Notes under the pieces: model-generated
What the model was told of the DNA's origin: nothing
What the model saw: only the letters and a program-made list of their open reading frames with translations
Database searches by the model: none
Program-made: the position numbers and the translations under genes
Source: an uncultured Actinomycetota bacterium
GTDB lineage: Bacteria; Actinomycetota; Actinomycetes; JAFAQI01
Assembly: GCA_963770565.1 (NCBI GenBank)
Contig: CAVYQE010000002.1
Span: 608,001 to 672,000, forward strand
Direction of reading: 5' to 3'
Length of the DNA: 64,000 nt
Shown: one piece after another, positions 30,106-40,061 of the stretch
How positions within the stretch are numbered: the stretch's first letter is position 1
How the letters are laid out: each line of letters opens with the position of its first letter

Positions 30106-32142
30106 TCAGACCTTGATGGACAACGCTCTCGTGACCGCCTGCTTGGGCGTCGAGGCATCCTCGGCCCGGACTGTGAACGGGTAGGTCCCGGCCTTGGTCG
30201 GCGTGCCGGTCAGCTTGCCGGACGCGGACAGCGCGATGCCCGGCGGCAGCTTGCCCTTGGCCAGCGCCCAAATGACCGGCGCGGTGCCACCGCTGTGAGC
30301 GAGGGTGACGGCGTACTTGTGGTGCAGCTTCCCGCTCGGCAGCGACGTGGTCGTGATCGACAGTGCACTGACCGTGGTGCCGGCAAGATTCGGGTCGCTG
30401 GTGCCGCCGGGCGAGCCGGTCACGCCCTGCGCTCCGTTGGACCCCGGATTGCCGTCCGTGCCCGCCGTCCCTCCGGTGCCGGCCAGCCCGGCGGCTCCGC
30501 CGCTGCCGCGGAACGCGCCAAGGCCACCGCTGCCGGCCTGCACCGAGTCCGTGCCGTACGTCGTCCCGGATCCGACGAAGACGTCGTGGGTCACCGCGAC
30601 CGCGCCGCCGGACGCCGATCCGCCGGGCGCCCCGTTGCCGCCGTTGCCGCCATCGCCGCCATCGCCACCGTCGCCGGGTGTCCCGGGCGGCTGGTCGGTG
30701 TCATCGGCATTCACGCCACCGGCGCCACCGTCGCCACCGCCACCGCCGTTGCCGCCCTGGCCCGCCGTGCCGCCCTGGCCCCCTGACCCACCGATCGCTT
30801 CGTTGCCGGTCAAGGTGGTCGCCTTGAGCGTGAGGCTGCCGGAGGAGTAGATCGCACCGCCCTGGCCCGGACCGCCGACCGCGGCCGCCCCTGAAGCACC
30901 AGCCCGATCGCCGGGGCCGCCGCTCCCGCCCGTCCCGCCTCCACCGCCGAGCCCGCCGTCGCCGACTCCGGCCGCACCCGATCCGCCGCTGCCGCCGTTC
31001 TGGCCGCCGAGCCCCGCGCCGCCGCCGCTGCCCGCCGGTCCGCCGTTCCCGCCGGCCCCCCCGACCACCTCGTTGCCGTCGAACGAGGTCGCCGTCACCG
31101 ACAGTGTTCCGGCGTTGTAGACCGCTCCGCCGCGGCCCGCCCCGCCGCGGCCTGCCGCACCGCCGTTGCCACCGGGCGAACCGGACTCGCCGGCACCACC
31201 GCCACCCCCGCTGCCACCCTCGCCGGGCGACCCGGTCGGCGGCGTACCCGTCCCGCCGGTGCCGCCGTTGCCGCCATGTCCGCCGTTGCCACCCGAGCCG
31301 CCATTGCCCCCGAGCCCACCGAAGGCGTCATTGTCCGAGAAGCTGTCGTGCGACAGCACGAGCGTGCCCGCGTTGTAGATCGCGCCGCCCTCGCCGGCCG
31401 CCGCGGCCCCGCCCGCCAGCCCGGTCCCGCCGGGTCCGGCGTCCCCGCCCGCGCCGGCCGCACCGCCGGTATTCGCCGGACCGGCCCCACCGTCGCCTCC
31501 ATCGCCACCGGTGCCGCCGCTGCCGCCGACCCCGCCGTCACCGCCGGTCACGCTGCAGCTGTCGAACTGGGAGTCGACGATCGTCACGGTTGCCTTCGCG
31601 GCGATCTGCAGGCAGCCGCCCCGGGCCACGTTGCCGGCCTTGCCGGTGGACAAGCCCGCGCCGCCCGGCTGACCGCCTCCGCCCGCCTTCGAGCCGGTGC
31701 CGTTCCCGCCGTCGGGTCCGTGCGGGCCGTCGACGCCCTGAGCGCCTGACACCCCGTCGTACCCGCCATTCTCGATCGCGACGTCCTTCAGGCTCAGGGT
31801 CGCGCCACCAGGTACGACGAACAGCCGCCGGAACGACGAGGACGTGTTGTTGGTGAACGCGATCTGGGCCGTGCCACCACCGGTGGTGATCGACTCCTTC
31901 TTCTTGGGGAACACGATCTGCTTGGTCAGCACGATCCGGCCCGTACAGACAATCTCGATCGCACCGCCTTTGGCGACCGCCGCGGCGAGCGCCGACCCCG
32001 TGCAGGTGGTCAGCTTGACCGGCTTGGCGGCCGGTGCGGCGGCGGCCGAGCCCGCGGCGCCGGCCAGACCGGATCCGGCCAGCAGGGCCAGCGCGGACGC
32101 GGCGGTGAGGACGGCGGGGCGGCGAGCAACGGTGCGGGTCAT
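30106..32142 (-). CDS. Secreted glycine-rich (PGRS-like) protein with GGAIY/GGAVY beta-helix motifs and C-terminal Ig-like (He_PIG-type) domain
   Basis: Signal peptide RRPAVLTAASALALLAG; GGxGGxGG tracts separated by GGAIYNAG/GGAVYNAG/GGAIYSSG; LSITTTSLP...LPPGIALSASGKLTGTPT. Confidence 0.8.
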   Translation of the reverse strand: MTRTVARRPAVLTAASALALLAGSGLAGAAGSAAAAPAAKPVKLTTCTGSALAAAVAKGGAIEIVCTGRIVLTKQIVFPKKKESITTGGGTAQIAFTNNTSSSFRRLFVVPGGATLSLKDVAIENGGYDGVSGAQGVDGPHGPDGGNGTGSKAGGGGQPGGAGLSTGKAGNVARGGCLQIAAKATVTIVDSQFDSCSVTGGDGGVGGSGGTGGDGGDGGAGPANTGGAAGAGGDAGPGGTGLAGGAAAAGEGGAIYNAGTLVLSHDSFSDNDAFGGLGGNGGSGGNGGHGGNGGTGGTGTPPTGSPGEGGSGGGGGAGESGSPGGNGGAAGRGGAGRGGAVYNAGTLSVTATSFDGNEVVGGAGGNGGPAGSGGGAGLGGQNGGSGGSGAAGVGDGGLGGGGGTGGSGGPGDRAGASGAAAVGGPGQGGAIYSSGSLTLKATTLTGNEAIGGSGGQGGTAGQGGNGGGGGDGGAGGVNADDTDQPPGTPGDGGDGGDGGNGGNGAPGGSASGGAVAVTHDVFVGSGTTYGTDSVQAGSGGLGAFRGSGGAAGLAGTGGTAGTDGNPGSNGAQGVTGSPGGTSDPNLAGTTVSALSITTTSLPSGKLHHKYAVTLAHSGGTAPVIWALAKGKLPPGIALSASGKLTGTPTKAGTYPFTVRAEDASTPKQAVTRALSIKV

Positions 32143-32385
32143 CCAACGAGTCCGATCATCAGACACACTGCGGCATTGCTCGCTGAACCTACCGATCAGG
32201 GTCCGTTTGCGCACTAAGGGCCTGACCGGATTCAGCAGCCATTTGTTGGGGAATGTCACCGACCGGTTACCGGATGTTTCCCCATCCGCTTCGTACCCGT
32301 TGTGGTGGTTCGGGAGCCCGATTACTAATTTTGCAAGGGGGTGGCCGGGGCCCCCCGGCGACCCGGTTGGGAGAGGAGAATCCCG

Positions 32386-34860
32386 ATGGATCGTCTGAGA
32401 AGAACACTCGTGATCGCGACCGTGATCGGATCGGCCTCCGCCGTCATTGCGGGGGGTGCGGTCGGCGCGAGCGCGACCGCCGATCAGGGCGCCTCTCATC
32501 CGGTGGCGGCGCACCACCCGAGCTCGCCGGTTGCGAGCACCGGTTCGTGCCATCTCGCGAACGGCATCAAGCACGTCGTTGAGCTCACCTTCGACAACGT
32601 GCACTTCTTCCGGGACAACCCGAACGTTCCGTCGGACCTGGAGATGATGCCGAACCTGCTCAACTTCTTCGAGGACAACGGCTCGTTCCTGTCCAACAGC
32701 CACACGCCGCTAATCGCGCACACCGGTGACGACACGTTGACGACGTACACCGGTCTGTACGGCGACCGGGACGGCATGGGAATCTCCAACTCCTACCAGG
32801 CCTACAACGCCGACGGCACGACCGATCCGGCCAGCTCGTTCGCGTACTGGACCGACCCGGTCTTCGACACCGCATCGACCCCCAACCCCGGCCACGACAT
32901 CAACCCGTCGATGGTCTACAGCGCGTCGCCGCCGGCGACCGCTCGACCGGCGCCGAAGCCTGACACGGTCACACCTGCGCCATGGGTCGAATACGCCCGG
33001 GCCGGCTGCAACGTCGGCGACGTGTCGACCTCGAACATGGTGCTCGAGAACACCTCCGTCGACCTTCCGAAGGTCTTCGGCCCCACCTCGCCGGAGGTCG
33101 CGCAGCTCAATGCCGATCCCGACTCGTTCAAGGACGCCGAGACCGCCGACTACGACGGCCTGGCCGTGCACTGCGCCAAGGGCAGCTCGGTATGCGGGTC
33201 GGCGACGGCGACCAAGTTCGGCCAGACCTCGCCATCGCCCAGCGCGGTGACTGACGCGCTCCCCGACGAGCCCGGCGGGTACAACGGATACCAGGCGCTG
33301 TTCGGGCACCGCTACATCGCGCCACAGCTCGGGGCCGGCACGCCGAACCTCAGCCGCAACGGCTCCGAGGTCACCAACGCCGCCGGCAACCTGGTCGACC
33401 TCAACGGCAACGAGATCGACGGCGCGTTCCTGACCGCGCACCCGGGATTCCCCGGCTTCAGCACGATCAATGCGTCGCAGACGCTCGCCTACATGGCCGA
33501 CATGCTCGAGTCGAATGTCCCCGTGGTCTACGGCTACGTCTCGGACATTCACGGCAACGAGAAGATCCCGGCGCTCTCGGGCGCCTGCGCCGGAGCACCG
33601 GCCGCACTCGCCAGCGGGACGCCCTGCTACATCGCCCAGGCCCAGTACTACAACCAGGCCTTCGGCAACTTCTTCTCGCGGTTGGCCGCGGACGGCATCA
33701 CCGCACAGAACACGCTGTTCGTCCTGTCCTCGGACGAGGGTGACCACGAGGCGGGTGCGAACGTCGGCCGCGCGATCCAGCCGACGCCGGCCAACTGCGA
33801 CGGCGCCACCGTGTCCGGTACGACGGTCACAGCGGACGTCGCCTGCACCTACCCCACCGGAGCGTTCGGGGAGCTCGGTGCCGACGTCAACGGGCTGCTG
33901 GCGAACGAGACTACCGACACGACGCCTTTCTCGCTGGAGAATGACAGCGCACCGGAGTTCTACGTCACGGGCCATCCGGGCCCGGACTCGACCGAGGTGC
34001 GCTCGCTCGAGCACGACGTCGCGGGGCTGACCGCGTCGAACCCGTACTCCGGCAACACCCACGAGTTGATCACCAACTATCTGGCCGACCCGACTGAGGA
34101 AGCGATCCTGCACTTCGTCGACGCCGACCCGGCCCGGACTCCGACCTTCGCGATGTTCGCCAAGCCGGACTACTTCGTCGAGACCGGCAAAGCGACCTGC
34201 ACGAACGTCACCGGACCGTCGAGCTCGGACTGCGTGGACCAGACCACCTCGTTCGCTTGGGATCACGGCGACTACGCGCCCGAGATCGACACCAACTACG
34301 TCGGGTTCGCGGGGCCCGGCGTGGCTCACCTCGGGCTCGACGGCTCGGCCCCCAATGCGGGTCCGTCGTCGGCCGGCCCGCTGAGTGGGCAGGGCACCAT
34401 TCCGCAAAGCGGGACGACCGGAACCTGGGCTGACGAAACCGACATCCGCCCGACGGTCATGGACCTCGTCGGGCTGCACGACGACTACACCGATGACGGT
34501 CGAGTCATCACCCAGGTGCTCGGTCACGCACCGAACGGTCTCGACGGTCGGGACGCGGTCCGGCTCGGCAGCTGCTACAAGCAGCTGAACTCCAGCGTCG
34601 GCGAGCTCGGTACGGCGACGCTCGAGGCCTCGACGAACGCGGTCGAGAGCTCGAGTGCGAACGACGTCGCCTACACCTCGACCGATGCCAGTCTCGCGCG
34701 CCTCGAAGCCGCGCGCGACCACCTGGCCGGACAGATCAAGGACCAGCTGTTCGGGGCTGAGTTCGAGGGGCATCACCTCGACCCGAACACGGCGCGGCGG
34801 GAAACCGCGTCGTGTGTCGGCCTGATCGCGTGGGCCGATCACCTGGCGATCGCGGGCTGA
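32386..34860 (+). CDS. Large secreted protein, divergent alkaline-phosphatase superfamily member
   Basis: Signal peptide; IKHVVELTFDN, PNLLNFFEDNG, HTGDDTLTTYTGLY, SDIHG, NTLFVLSSDEG, WDHG, DIRPTVMDLVGL, DGRVI; GAGGAG RBS. Confidence 0.65.
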   Translation: MDRLRRTLVIATVIGSASAVIAGGAVGASATADQGASHPVAAHHPSSPVASTGSCHLANGIKHVVELTFDNVHFFRDNPNVPSDLEMMPNLLNFFEDNGSFLSNSHTPLIAHTGDDTLTTYTGLYGDRDGMGISNSYQAYNADGTTDPASSFAYWTDPVFDTASTPNPGHDINPSMVYSASPPATARPAPKPDTVTPAPWVEYARAGCNVGDVSTSNMVLENTSVDLPKVFGPTSPEVAQLNADPDSFKDAETADYDGLAVHCAKGSSVCGSATATKFGQTSPSPSAVTDALPDEPGGYNGYQALFGHRYIAPQLGAGTPNLSRNGSEVTNAAGNLVDLNGNEIDGAFLTAHPGFPGFSTINASQTLAYMADMLESNVPVVYGYVSDIHGNEKIPALSGACAGAPAALASGTPCYIAQAQYYNQAFGNFFSRLAADGITAQNTLFVLSSDEGDHEAGANVGRAIQPTPANCDGATVSGTTVTADVACTYPTGAFGELGADVNGLLANETTDTTPFSLENDSAPEFYVTGHPGPDSTEVRSLEHDVAGLTASNPYSGNTHELITNYLADPTEEAILHFVDADPARTPTFAMFAKPDYFVETGKATCTNVTGPSSSDCVDQTTSFAWDHGDYAPEIDTNYVGFAGPGVAHLGLDGSAPNAGPSSAGPLSGQGTIPQSGTTGTWADETDIRPTVMDLVGLHDDYTDDGRVITQVLGHAPNGLDGRDAVRLGSCYKQLNSSVGELGTATLEASTNAVESSSANDVAYTSTDASLARLEAARDHLAGQIKDQLFGAEFEGHHLDPNTARRETASCVGLIAWADHLAIAG

Positions 34861-34887
34861 TCGGGAGGCGGACCGAGCTCCGCCGCC

Positions 34888-34930
34888 GACCTGACCTTCC
34901 CGGCCACCCGCCGGCCGGGAAGGTCAGGTC
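34888..34930 (+). terminator. 18-bp-arm hairpin terminator
   Basis: GACCTGACCTTCCCGGCC-ACCCGCC-GGCCGGGAAGGTCAGGTC. Confidence 0.75.
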
Positions 34931-35144
34931 AACAGCCATCCGAGCCCGACTTTCCGGACTGCGCCGAACGGCCGAGCCGGTCCTGGACCCAATGGCGGAG
35001 CCGAGCCGAAAATTGGGTCTCGGTTTGCTGTGAACTCTTGAAATTCACCCGCATGGATGATCAAGCGCGACTACCGTTGAATCATCACCAATCCAGATCG
35101 GTGATGCACACCGCCTGCCCACGGCGGATTCATGGGAGTCCCCT

Positions 35145-38090
35145 TTGCACGGCTTCGTTCACGTCGGCCTTCGTAGGCCCGCGGCACTCGCATCCGCCGT
35201 TATCCTCAGTCTCACTGGGCTGGCCGTGTTCGCGGCCCCGGCCGCCAATGCGCAGGGGAGCCCGCAACCGACCGTCGTCAGCGCGCTGCCGGCTGCCTAC
35301 ACGCCGAACGTCAACGACGGCACCGTCTACGCGATCGGCCAGAGCGGCTCGACCGTGGTCCTCGGGGGGTCGTTCGACTCGGTCAGCCCCTACAACTCGA
35401 CGTCCGAGACGGTTCCGGTCACCGACATCACGGCGTTCACCGCCGGTACCGGCGCGATCATCACCAGTTTCCAGCCGACCTTGGACGGCCAGGTCAACGC
35501 GATCATTCCCGGCACGACACCGGGCACCGTCTACATCGGTGGCGCATTCAAGACCGTCGACGGAGTGACCTCTCGGGTCGCGCTGATCGACACGACCACC
35601 GGCGCGATCGTGCCCGGCTTCAAGCCACCGAAGATCAACGGCGACATCAACAGCCTCGCGGTTGCCGACGGGCAGCTCTTCCTCGGCGGCTTCTTCACCA
35701 CGATTACCGGGCAGACCCGCGACGGGTTCGCGACTCTGAACCCCACCACCGGTGCGTTGACGTCGTACGCGACCCTCGCGTTCACCGGACACCACAACTA
35801 CGGCGTGCACTGCACCTCGCCGACCTGCCCGTCGGCGGGGGTCGGCGTCCGGTCGATGGACGTCACGCCCGACGGCACCACGATGGTGGTCACGGGCGAC
35901 TTCACCAACGTCTCGGGCGCGACCCGCGACCAGGTGGCGATGCTGTCGCTGACCCCCACCGAAGCCGACGTCGACCTGAACTGGAACACCGACGGCTTCA
36001 CCTCGCCGTGCGCGTCCAACTCCTTCGACGCCTACATTCGCCAGATCGCGTTCTCGCCGGACGGCTCGTACTTCGTGATCGTCGACACCGGCGCGGGCGG
36101 CACGACCGCCAAGAACATCGACGGCACCCGCGCGATCTGTGACGCGGTCGCCCGGTTCGAGACCGGGGCGACCGGTGCCGACGTCCAGCCGACCTGGGTG
36201 GACTGGACCGGCAACGACACCTTCTGGTCGGTCGCGACCAGCGGAACCGCGATCTACGCGGGTGGCCACCAGCGCTGGCTCAACAACAGCGCCGGCTCGG
36301 ACCGGGCGGCGGAGGGCTCCGTGCCGCGGCCGGGCATCGCGGCCATCGACCCGCAGAACGGCATGCCACTGGCGTGGAACCCGGGCCGCAACCCGCGCGG
36401 CGTCGGCGCGCAGGCGCTGCTCACCACCCCCGACGGCCTGTACGTCGGCAGCGACACCGACTGGATCGGTAATAACAAGTATCACCACGAGAAGAACGCG
36501 TTCTTCCCGCTCGCTGGTGGCGAGACGCTGCCGAGCAATACCCTCGGTTCGCTCCCGGGCAGCGTGTTCCTGTTCGACCAGAGCGGCAACAGCAGCGGAA
36601 TCAACACCGAGAACTGGGACGGGGTGTCCGCTCCGACGCCGGGCCTCGCCGTCACCGGGTTCAACAACAACACGGTTCGCGGTGCCTTCGCGGTCAACAA
36701 CACGTTGTATTACGCAACCAGTACCGGCAGCTTCTTCGAGGCGCCGTTCCAGGGCCGCTCGGTCGGGACACCGGTCGCGATCGACCCGTACGACGACCCG
36801 GTCTGGAGCACGGTCGACACCGGCAGCGGGCAGACCTACCGCGGCGTCAAGTCGACGTTCTACAGCGAGATGTCGTCGATGACTTCGCTGTTCTATACCA
36901 ATGGCCGGGTCTACTACACGCTGTCCAACAAGCACGGGATGTACTGGCGCTATTTCGAGACCGACGACGGCGTGGTGGGCGCCGACGAGTTCACCACGAC
37001 GGACGGCAACGACTGGAGCCGGGTGGCCGGGGCGTTCCTGTCCGGCAACACGCTGTATTTCGCGAACTCGCTCAACGGCAACCTGATGTCGGTCCCGTGG
37101 ACCAACGGCCAGCCGAGCGGCACGCCGACCCTGGCCAACAACTCGATCAACTGGTCGAGCCGTGGCGCGGTGCCGCTCTCGGCCTCGCAAATCCCACCGA
37201 ACCAGCCGCCGACGTCGTCGTTCACGCTCACCTGTACGACGACGGCAAACCCGTGCAGCGCGGACGCCAGCGCGTCGAGCGACTCGGACGGCTTCATCAC
37301 CGGCTACGGCTGGGACTGGGGCGACGGCACGACGTCTCAGACCTCGACGCCCACCACCTCCCACACCTACTCGACGGCCGGCACCTACACGGTGACGCTC
37401 ACGGTCACCGACAACAGCGGTGCGACCGGGGTGAGCACCAAGCCGGCTCACGTCGTCGACTCGAACGCGCCGCCGATCGCATTCCGCGCAAGCGCCGGTT
37501 TCGACGCCAACAGCGCGAACCCGACGGTCACTGTGCCCAGCGCAGTGCAGCCGGGTGACGAGATGTTGCTGTTCTCGACGTACGCCTCGACGACCGTGAC
37601 CGCGACGCCACCGGCCGGTTGGACCCTGATCGGGTCGACTAGCCGCAGCAACCTCACCACGGCGGTCTACTCGCGGTCGGCCACAGCCGGGGACCCGGGC
37701 ACCGCAGTGACGGTTGCCCTGTCCGGGACCGCCAAGACCAGCCTCACCCTGGCCGCTTACGCCAATGCGAAGGACCCGGTCGAGGTGTCTTCCTCCGCGA
37801 CCGACGCTTCGACGGCGACCCACACCTCACCCACGGTGACCGGTCTCGGCACCGATTCGTTCGCGGTGACGATGTGGGCCGACAAGTCGACGACCACTAC
37901 CTCGTGGACGTCGCCGCCGAGCGTGACCGTCGAGTCGACCTTGCTCGGCTCGGCCGGCGGCGCGGTGAGTGCGGTGGTGGCCGACTCGGGGAGTGCGGTC
38001 ACCGGCAGCTACGGGGGGCTCACCGCGACGACCAACGTCACGAGCGGGTCCGGGGCGAGCTGGACGATCGGCCTCGCGATCAACGGCTAA
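35145..38090 (+). CDS. Secreted beta-propeller + PKD domain protein
   Basis: Signal peptide; repeated V[LY]xGGxF blades; PKD signature SSDSDGFITGYGWDWGDG...HTYSTAGTYTVTLTVTD; Ser/Thr-rich C-terminal beta domain. Confidence 0.85.
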   Translation: MHGFVHVGLRRPAALASAVILSLTGLAVFAAPAANAQGSPQPTVVSALPAAYTPNVNDGTVYAIGQSGSTVVLGGSFDSVSPYNSTSETVPVTDITAFTAGTGAIITSFQPTLDGQVNAIIPGTTPGTVYIGGAFKTVDGVTSRVALIDTTTGAIVPGFKPPKINGDINSLAVADGQLFLGGFFTTITGQTRDGFATLNPTTGALTSYATLAFTGHHNYGVHCTSPTCPSAGVGVRSMDVTPDGTTMVVTGDFTNVSGATRDQVAMLSLTPTEADVDLNWNTDGFTSPCASNSFDAYIRQIAFSPDGSYFVIVDTGAGGTTAKNIDGTRAICDAVARFETGATGADVQPTWVDWTGNDTFWSVATSGTAIYAGGHQRWLNNSAGSDRAAEGSVPRPGIAAIDPQNGMPLAWNPGRNPRGVGAQALLTTPDGLYVGSDTDWIGNNKYHHEKNAFFPLAGGETLPSNTLGSLPGSVFLFDQSGNSSGINTENWDGVSAPTPGLAVTGFNNNTVRGAFAVNNTLYYATSTGSFFEAPFQGRSVGTPVAIDPYDDPVWSTVDTGSGQTYRGVKSTFYSEMSSMTSLFYTNGRVYYTLSNKHGMYWRYFETDDGVVGADEFTTTDGNDWSRVAGAFLSGNTLYFANSLNGNLMSVPWTNGQPSGTPTLANNSINWSSRGAVPLSASQIPPNQPPTSSFTLTCTTTANPCSADASASSDSDGFITGYGWDWGDGTTSQTSTPTTSHTYSTAGTYTVTLTVTDNSGATGVSTKPAHVVDSNAPPIAFRASAGFDANSANPTVTVPSAVQPGDEMLLFSTYASTTVTATPPAGWTLIGSTSRSNLTTAVYSRSATAGDPGTAVTVALSGTAKTSLTLAAYANAKDPVEVSSSATDASTATHTSPTVTGLGTDSFAVTMWADKSTTTTSWTSPPSVTVESTLLGSAGGAVSAVVADSGSAVTGSYGGLTATTNVTSGSGASWTIGLAING

Positions 38091-38099
38091 CCCCGTTCC

Positions 38100-38180
38100 A
38101 AGCAATGTCACATTGCCCAGGGGTTTAGTGGGGCAGTGTCACATCACCCACCACTTTGTGGGGGTGATGTGACATTGCTT
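38100..38180. repeat. 81-bp triple-palindrome dispersed element, copy 2
   Basis: (CC)AAGCAATGTCACATTGC...GCAGTGTCACATCAC...GTGATGTGACATTGCTT(GG); between convergent genes. Confidence 0.9.
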
Positions 38181-38214
38181 GGTCGTGGCCCGATTGGTCC
38201 TGACCCGCTTGGCC

Positions 38215-38886
38215 CTAGACCTGGCTCACCGAGCGCGAGTCGTGGTGCGACGGGTACGCCGAGGTGTCGAGAACGAGCTGACCGGGCTCGAGGCCGGCCG
38301 CCCACGGATAGCCGTAGATCAGCAGCTGCATGCTGATCAGGGCGATCTCGTCCGCGGACTGCTCGGGCACCTCGTTCAGCCACCACTCGAGCAGGGCGAG
38401 GTGGCTGCCGGTCCAGGCCTTCGCGAAGGCGACTACGGGCAGCCGAGGGAAGCCGTGGTTGGCCTCCATCACCTGCGTGAACGCCTGGTCGATCGCCGCG
38501 CCGATGATGTCCGCATAGGCCCGGCGGGCTCGGCCGTCCGCGGCGCCGGACAGCACCACGCGGTAGAGCTCACGATTCTGGTCGACGTGCAGGTAGAGCT
38601 CGAGGATTCCGGTGCCGTAGACGACGTGACCGGTCGGCGTCTGCGGGAGGACCCGAGCGGTCAGGTCGCTGGCCAATTCCTCGACGATCGCGGTCAGCAG
38701 GTCGTGCTGGTCGGCGTAGTGCGCGTAGAAAGTGGCGCGGGCGACGTCGGCTCGCGCGATGATCGCGCCGACCGTGACGGTGTCGAATCCCTGCTCCAGG
38801 ACCAGCGTGACGAAGGCGTCCCGGATCGCGGAGCGGGTTCGTCGTACCCGGCGGTCGCTGACCGGCTGCGCAGTCCTCCTGGCCAC
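38215..38886 (-). CDS. TetR family regulator
   Basis: DRRVRRTRSAIRDA, TVGAIIARADVARATFYAHY. Confidence 0.9.
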   Translation of the reverse strand: MARRTAQPVSDRRVRRTRSAIRDAFVTLVLEQGFDTVTVGAIIARADVARATFYAHYADQHDLLTAIVEELASDLTARVLPQTPTGHVVYGTGILELYLHVDQNRELYRVVLSGAADGRARRAYADIIGAAIDQAFTQVMEANHGFPRLPVVAFAKAWTGSHLALLEWWLNEVPEQSADEIALISMQLLIYGYPWAAGLEPGQLVLDTSAYPSHHDSRSVSQV

Positions 38887-38994
38887 CAGAGAACCATACA
38901 CCTTGAATGTTAACGAACATCATGTATGATAACGACTCCAGCAAGGACCGTGCGGGGAACCACAGTGCATCCAGACCCCAGCACCGAACGGGAG

Positions 38995-39327
38995 ATGGAT
39001 GATGGGGACTGGCGCCCTCGGCATGCCGAGCGGCGGGCCGCGATGAGCCGGGGTCACGGACGGATCCAGTTGCAAGTGCTGGACTTCCTGCTCCGTCACG
39101 ACCAATCGGCCCGCGCTCGCGGCGAGAAGACCGACTACGTGCCGCTCGACGAGATCGCCGGCCTCGGCGCGTCCCGCTCGCGGATCGAGCGGATCCGCCA
39201 GGCCGCGAAGAGTCTCGCCGCGGAAGGGCTGATTACGCTTCGTCCGGCCGGCGAGGTCCTGCTCGCCCGGATCGCGACCGCCGACGACTCGGACGGCGAG
39301 CTAAGGGCGAGTTCAGGCGCGCACTGA
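38995..39327 (+). CDS. Small hypothetical protein, possible winged helix
   Basis: IQLQVLDFL...VPLDEIA...IRQAAKSLAAEGLI pattern; GC-typical codon use; start uncertain. Confidence 0.55.
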   Translation: MDDGDWRPRHAERRAAMSRGHGRIQLQVLDFLLRHDQSARARGEKTDYVPLDEIAGLGASRSRIERIRQAAKSLAAEGLITLRPAGEVLLARIATADDSDGELRASSGAH

Positions 39328-39344
39328 CGCGCGCGCCGGCCTGG

Positions 39345-39962
39345 TCAGGTCGTGGCGAAGCTGTTCAGCAACCCGCGCATCGAGTCGGCCACCGAGTGCC
39401 GGGTGGCGACCGGGTCAGGTGAGTTGGCGATCAGCATCGCCCCCCGCGTGAGCGCGCCCAGCAACAACCTGGTCAGCGTCGGCGGATCGGCAATTCTCAG
39501 CAGTCCGGACTCCACCGCCTTCTCCAGCGCCATCACGATCACCGCGAAGGCGTAACGCTCGTCGAGCTCGGTGAACCGAGCCAGCCCGAGCACGGCCGGA
39601 GCGTCGATGATGACGATCTGCTGGACCTCGGGCTCGAGCACCGCGTCGAGGAACGAGTCGAACCCGCGGGCGAGCGCCTCGACCTCGTCCGGCGCGTCTT
39701 CGGCCGCCTGCGCGGCCGCCACCATCAGCTCGGTGTGCGCCAGGTCGAACACCGCCTCGAAGACTGCGAGCTTGGTCGGGAAGTGGTGATACAGCGCTCC
39801 GGTCGTGACCCGCGCCTCGCGGGCCAGGTCCTCGACCGAGGTGGCGGCGTACCCCTCGGTCCCGAACAGCCGCCGGCCGGCCGCGACGAGCGCGGCCCTG
39901 GTCTGCGCCACCTGCTCGGCGCGCAGGGACGGCTGCGCGGGCGGCATCACGTGATCTGGCAC
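39345..39962 (-). CDS. TetR family regulator
   Basis: TRAALVAAGRRLF, SVEDLAREARVTTGALYHHFPTK, IDAPAVLG. Confidence 0.92.
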   Translation of the reverse strand: MPDHVMPPAQPSLRAEQVAQTRAALVAAGRRLFGTEGYAATSVEDLAREARVTTGALYHHFPTKLAVFEAVFDLAHTELMVAAAQAAEDAPDEVEALARGFDSFLDAVLEPEVQQIVIIDAPAVLGLARFTELDERYAFAVIVMALEKAVESGLLRIADPPTLTRLLLGALTRGAMLIANSPDPVATRHSVADSMRGLLNSFATT

Positions 39963-40061
39963 TGCACCTTTGTAGTCCGTCGGGAGCGCTTGCGTAACTC
40001 AGTTCCTCTAGATAGCGTCACTATGTGGAGTAACGCCAATATCCCCACGAGAGGTGCTGCC

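Noticed and set aside
30106-32142. True PE_PGRS gene implying Mycobacterium
   Set aside because: No PE domain; it has a conventional signal peptide and an Ig-like tail.
32710-37823. Long antisense ORFs (710 aa, 897 aa, and similar ones elsewhere)
   Set aside because: Shadow frames of high-GC genes; Arg/Gly/Val-rich with no recognisable motifs.
38100-38180. Triple palindrome with spacers as a mini-CRISPR array
   Set aside because: Cores are 15 bp and spacers 16 bp, spacers are related to each other across copies, and there is no leader or cas gene.
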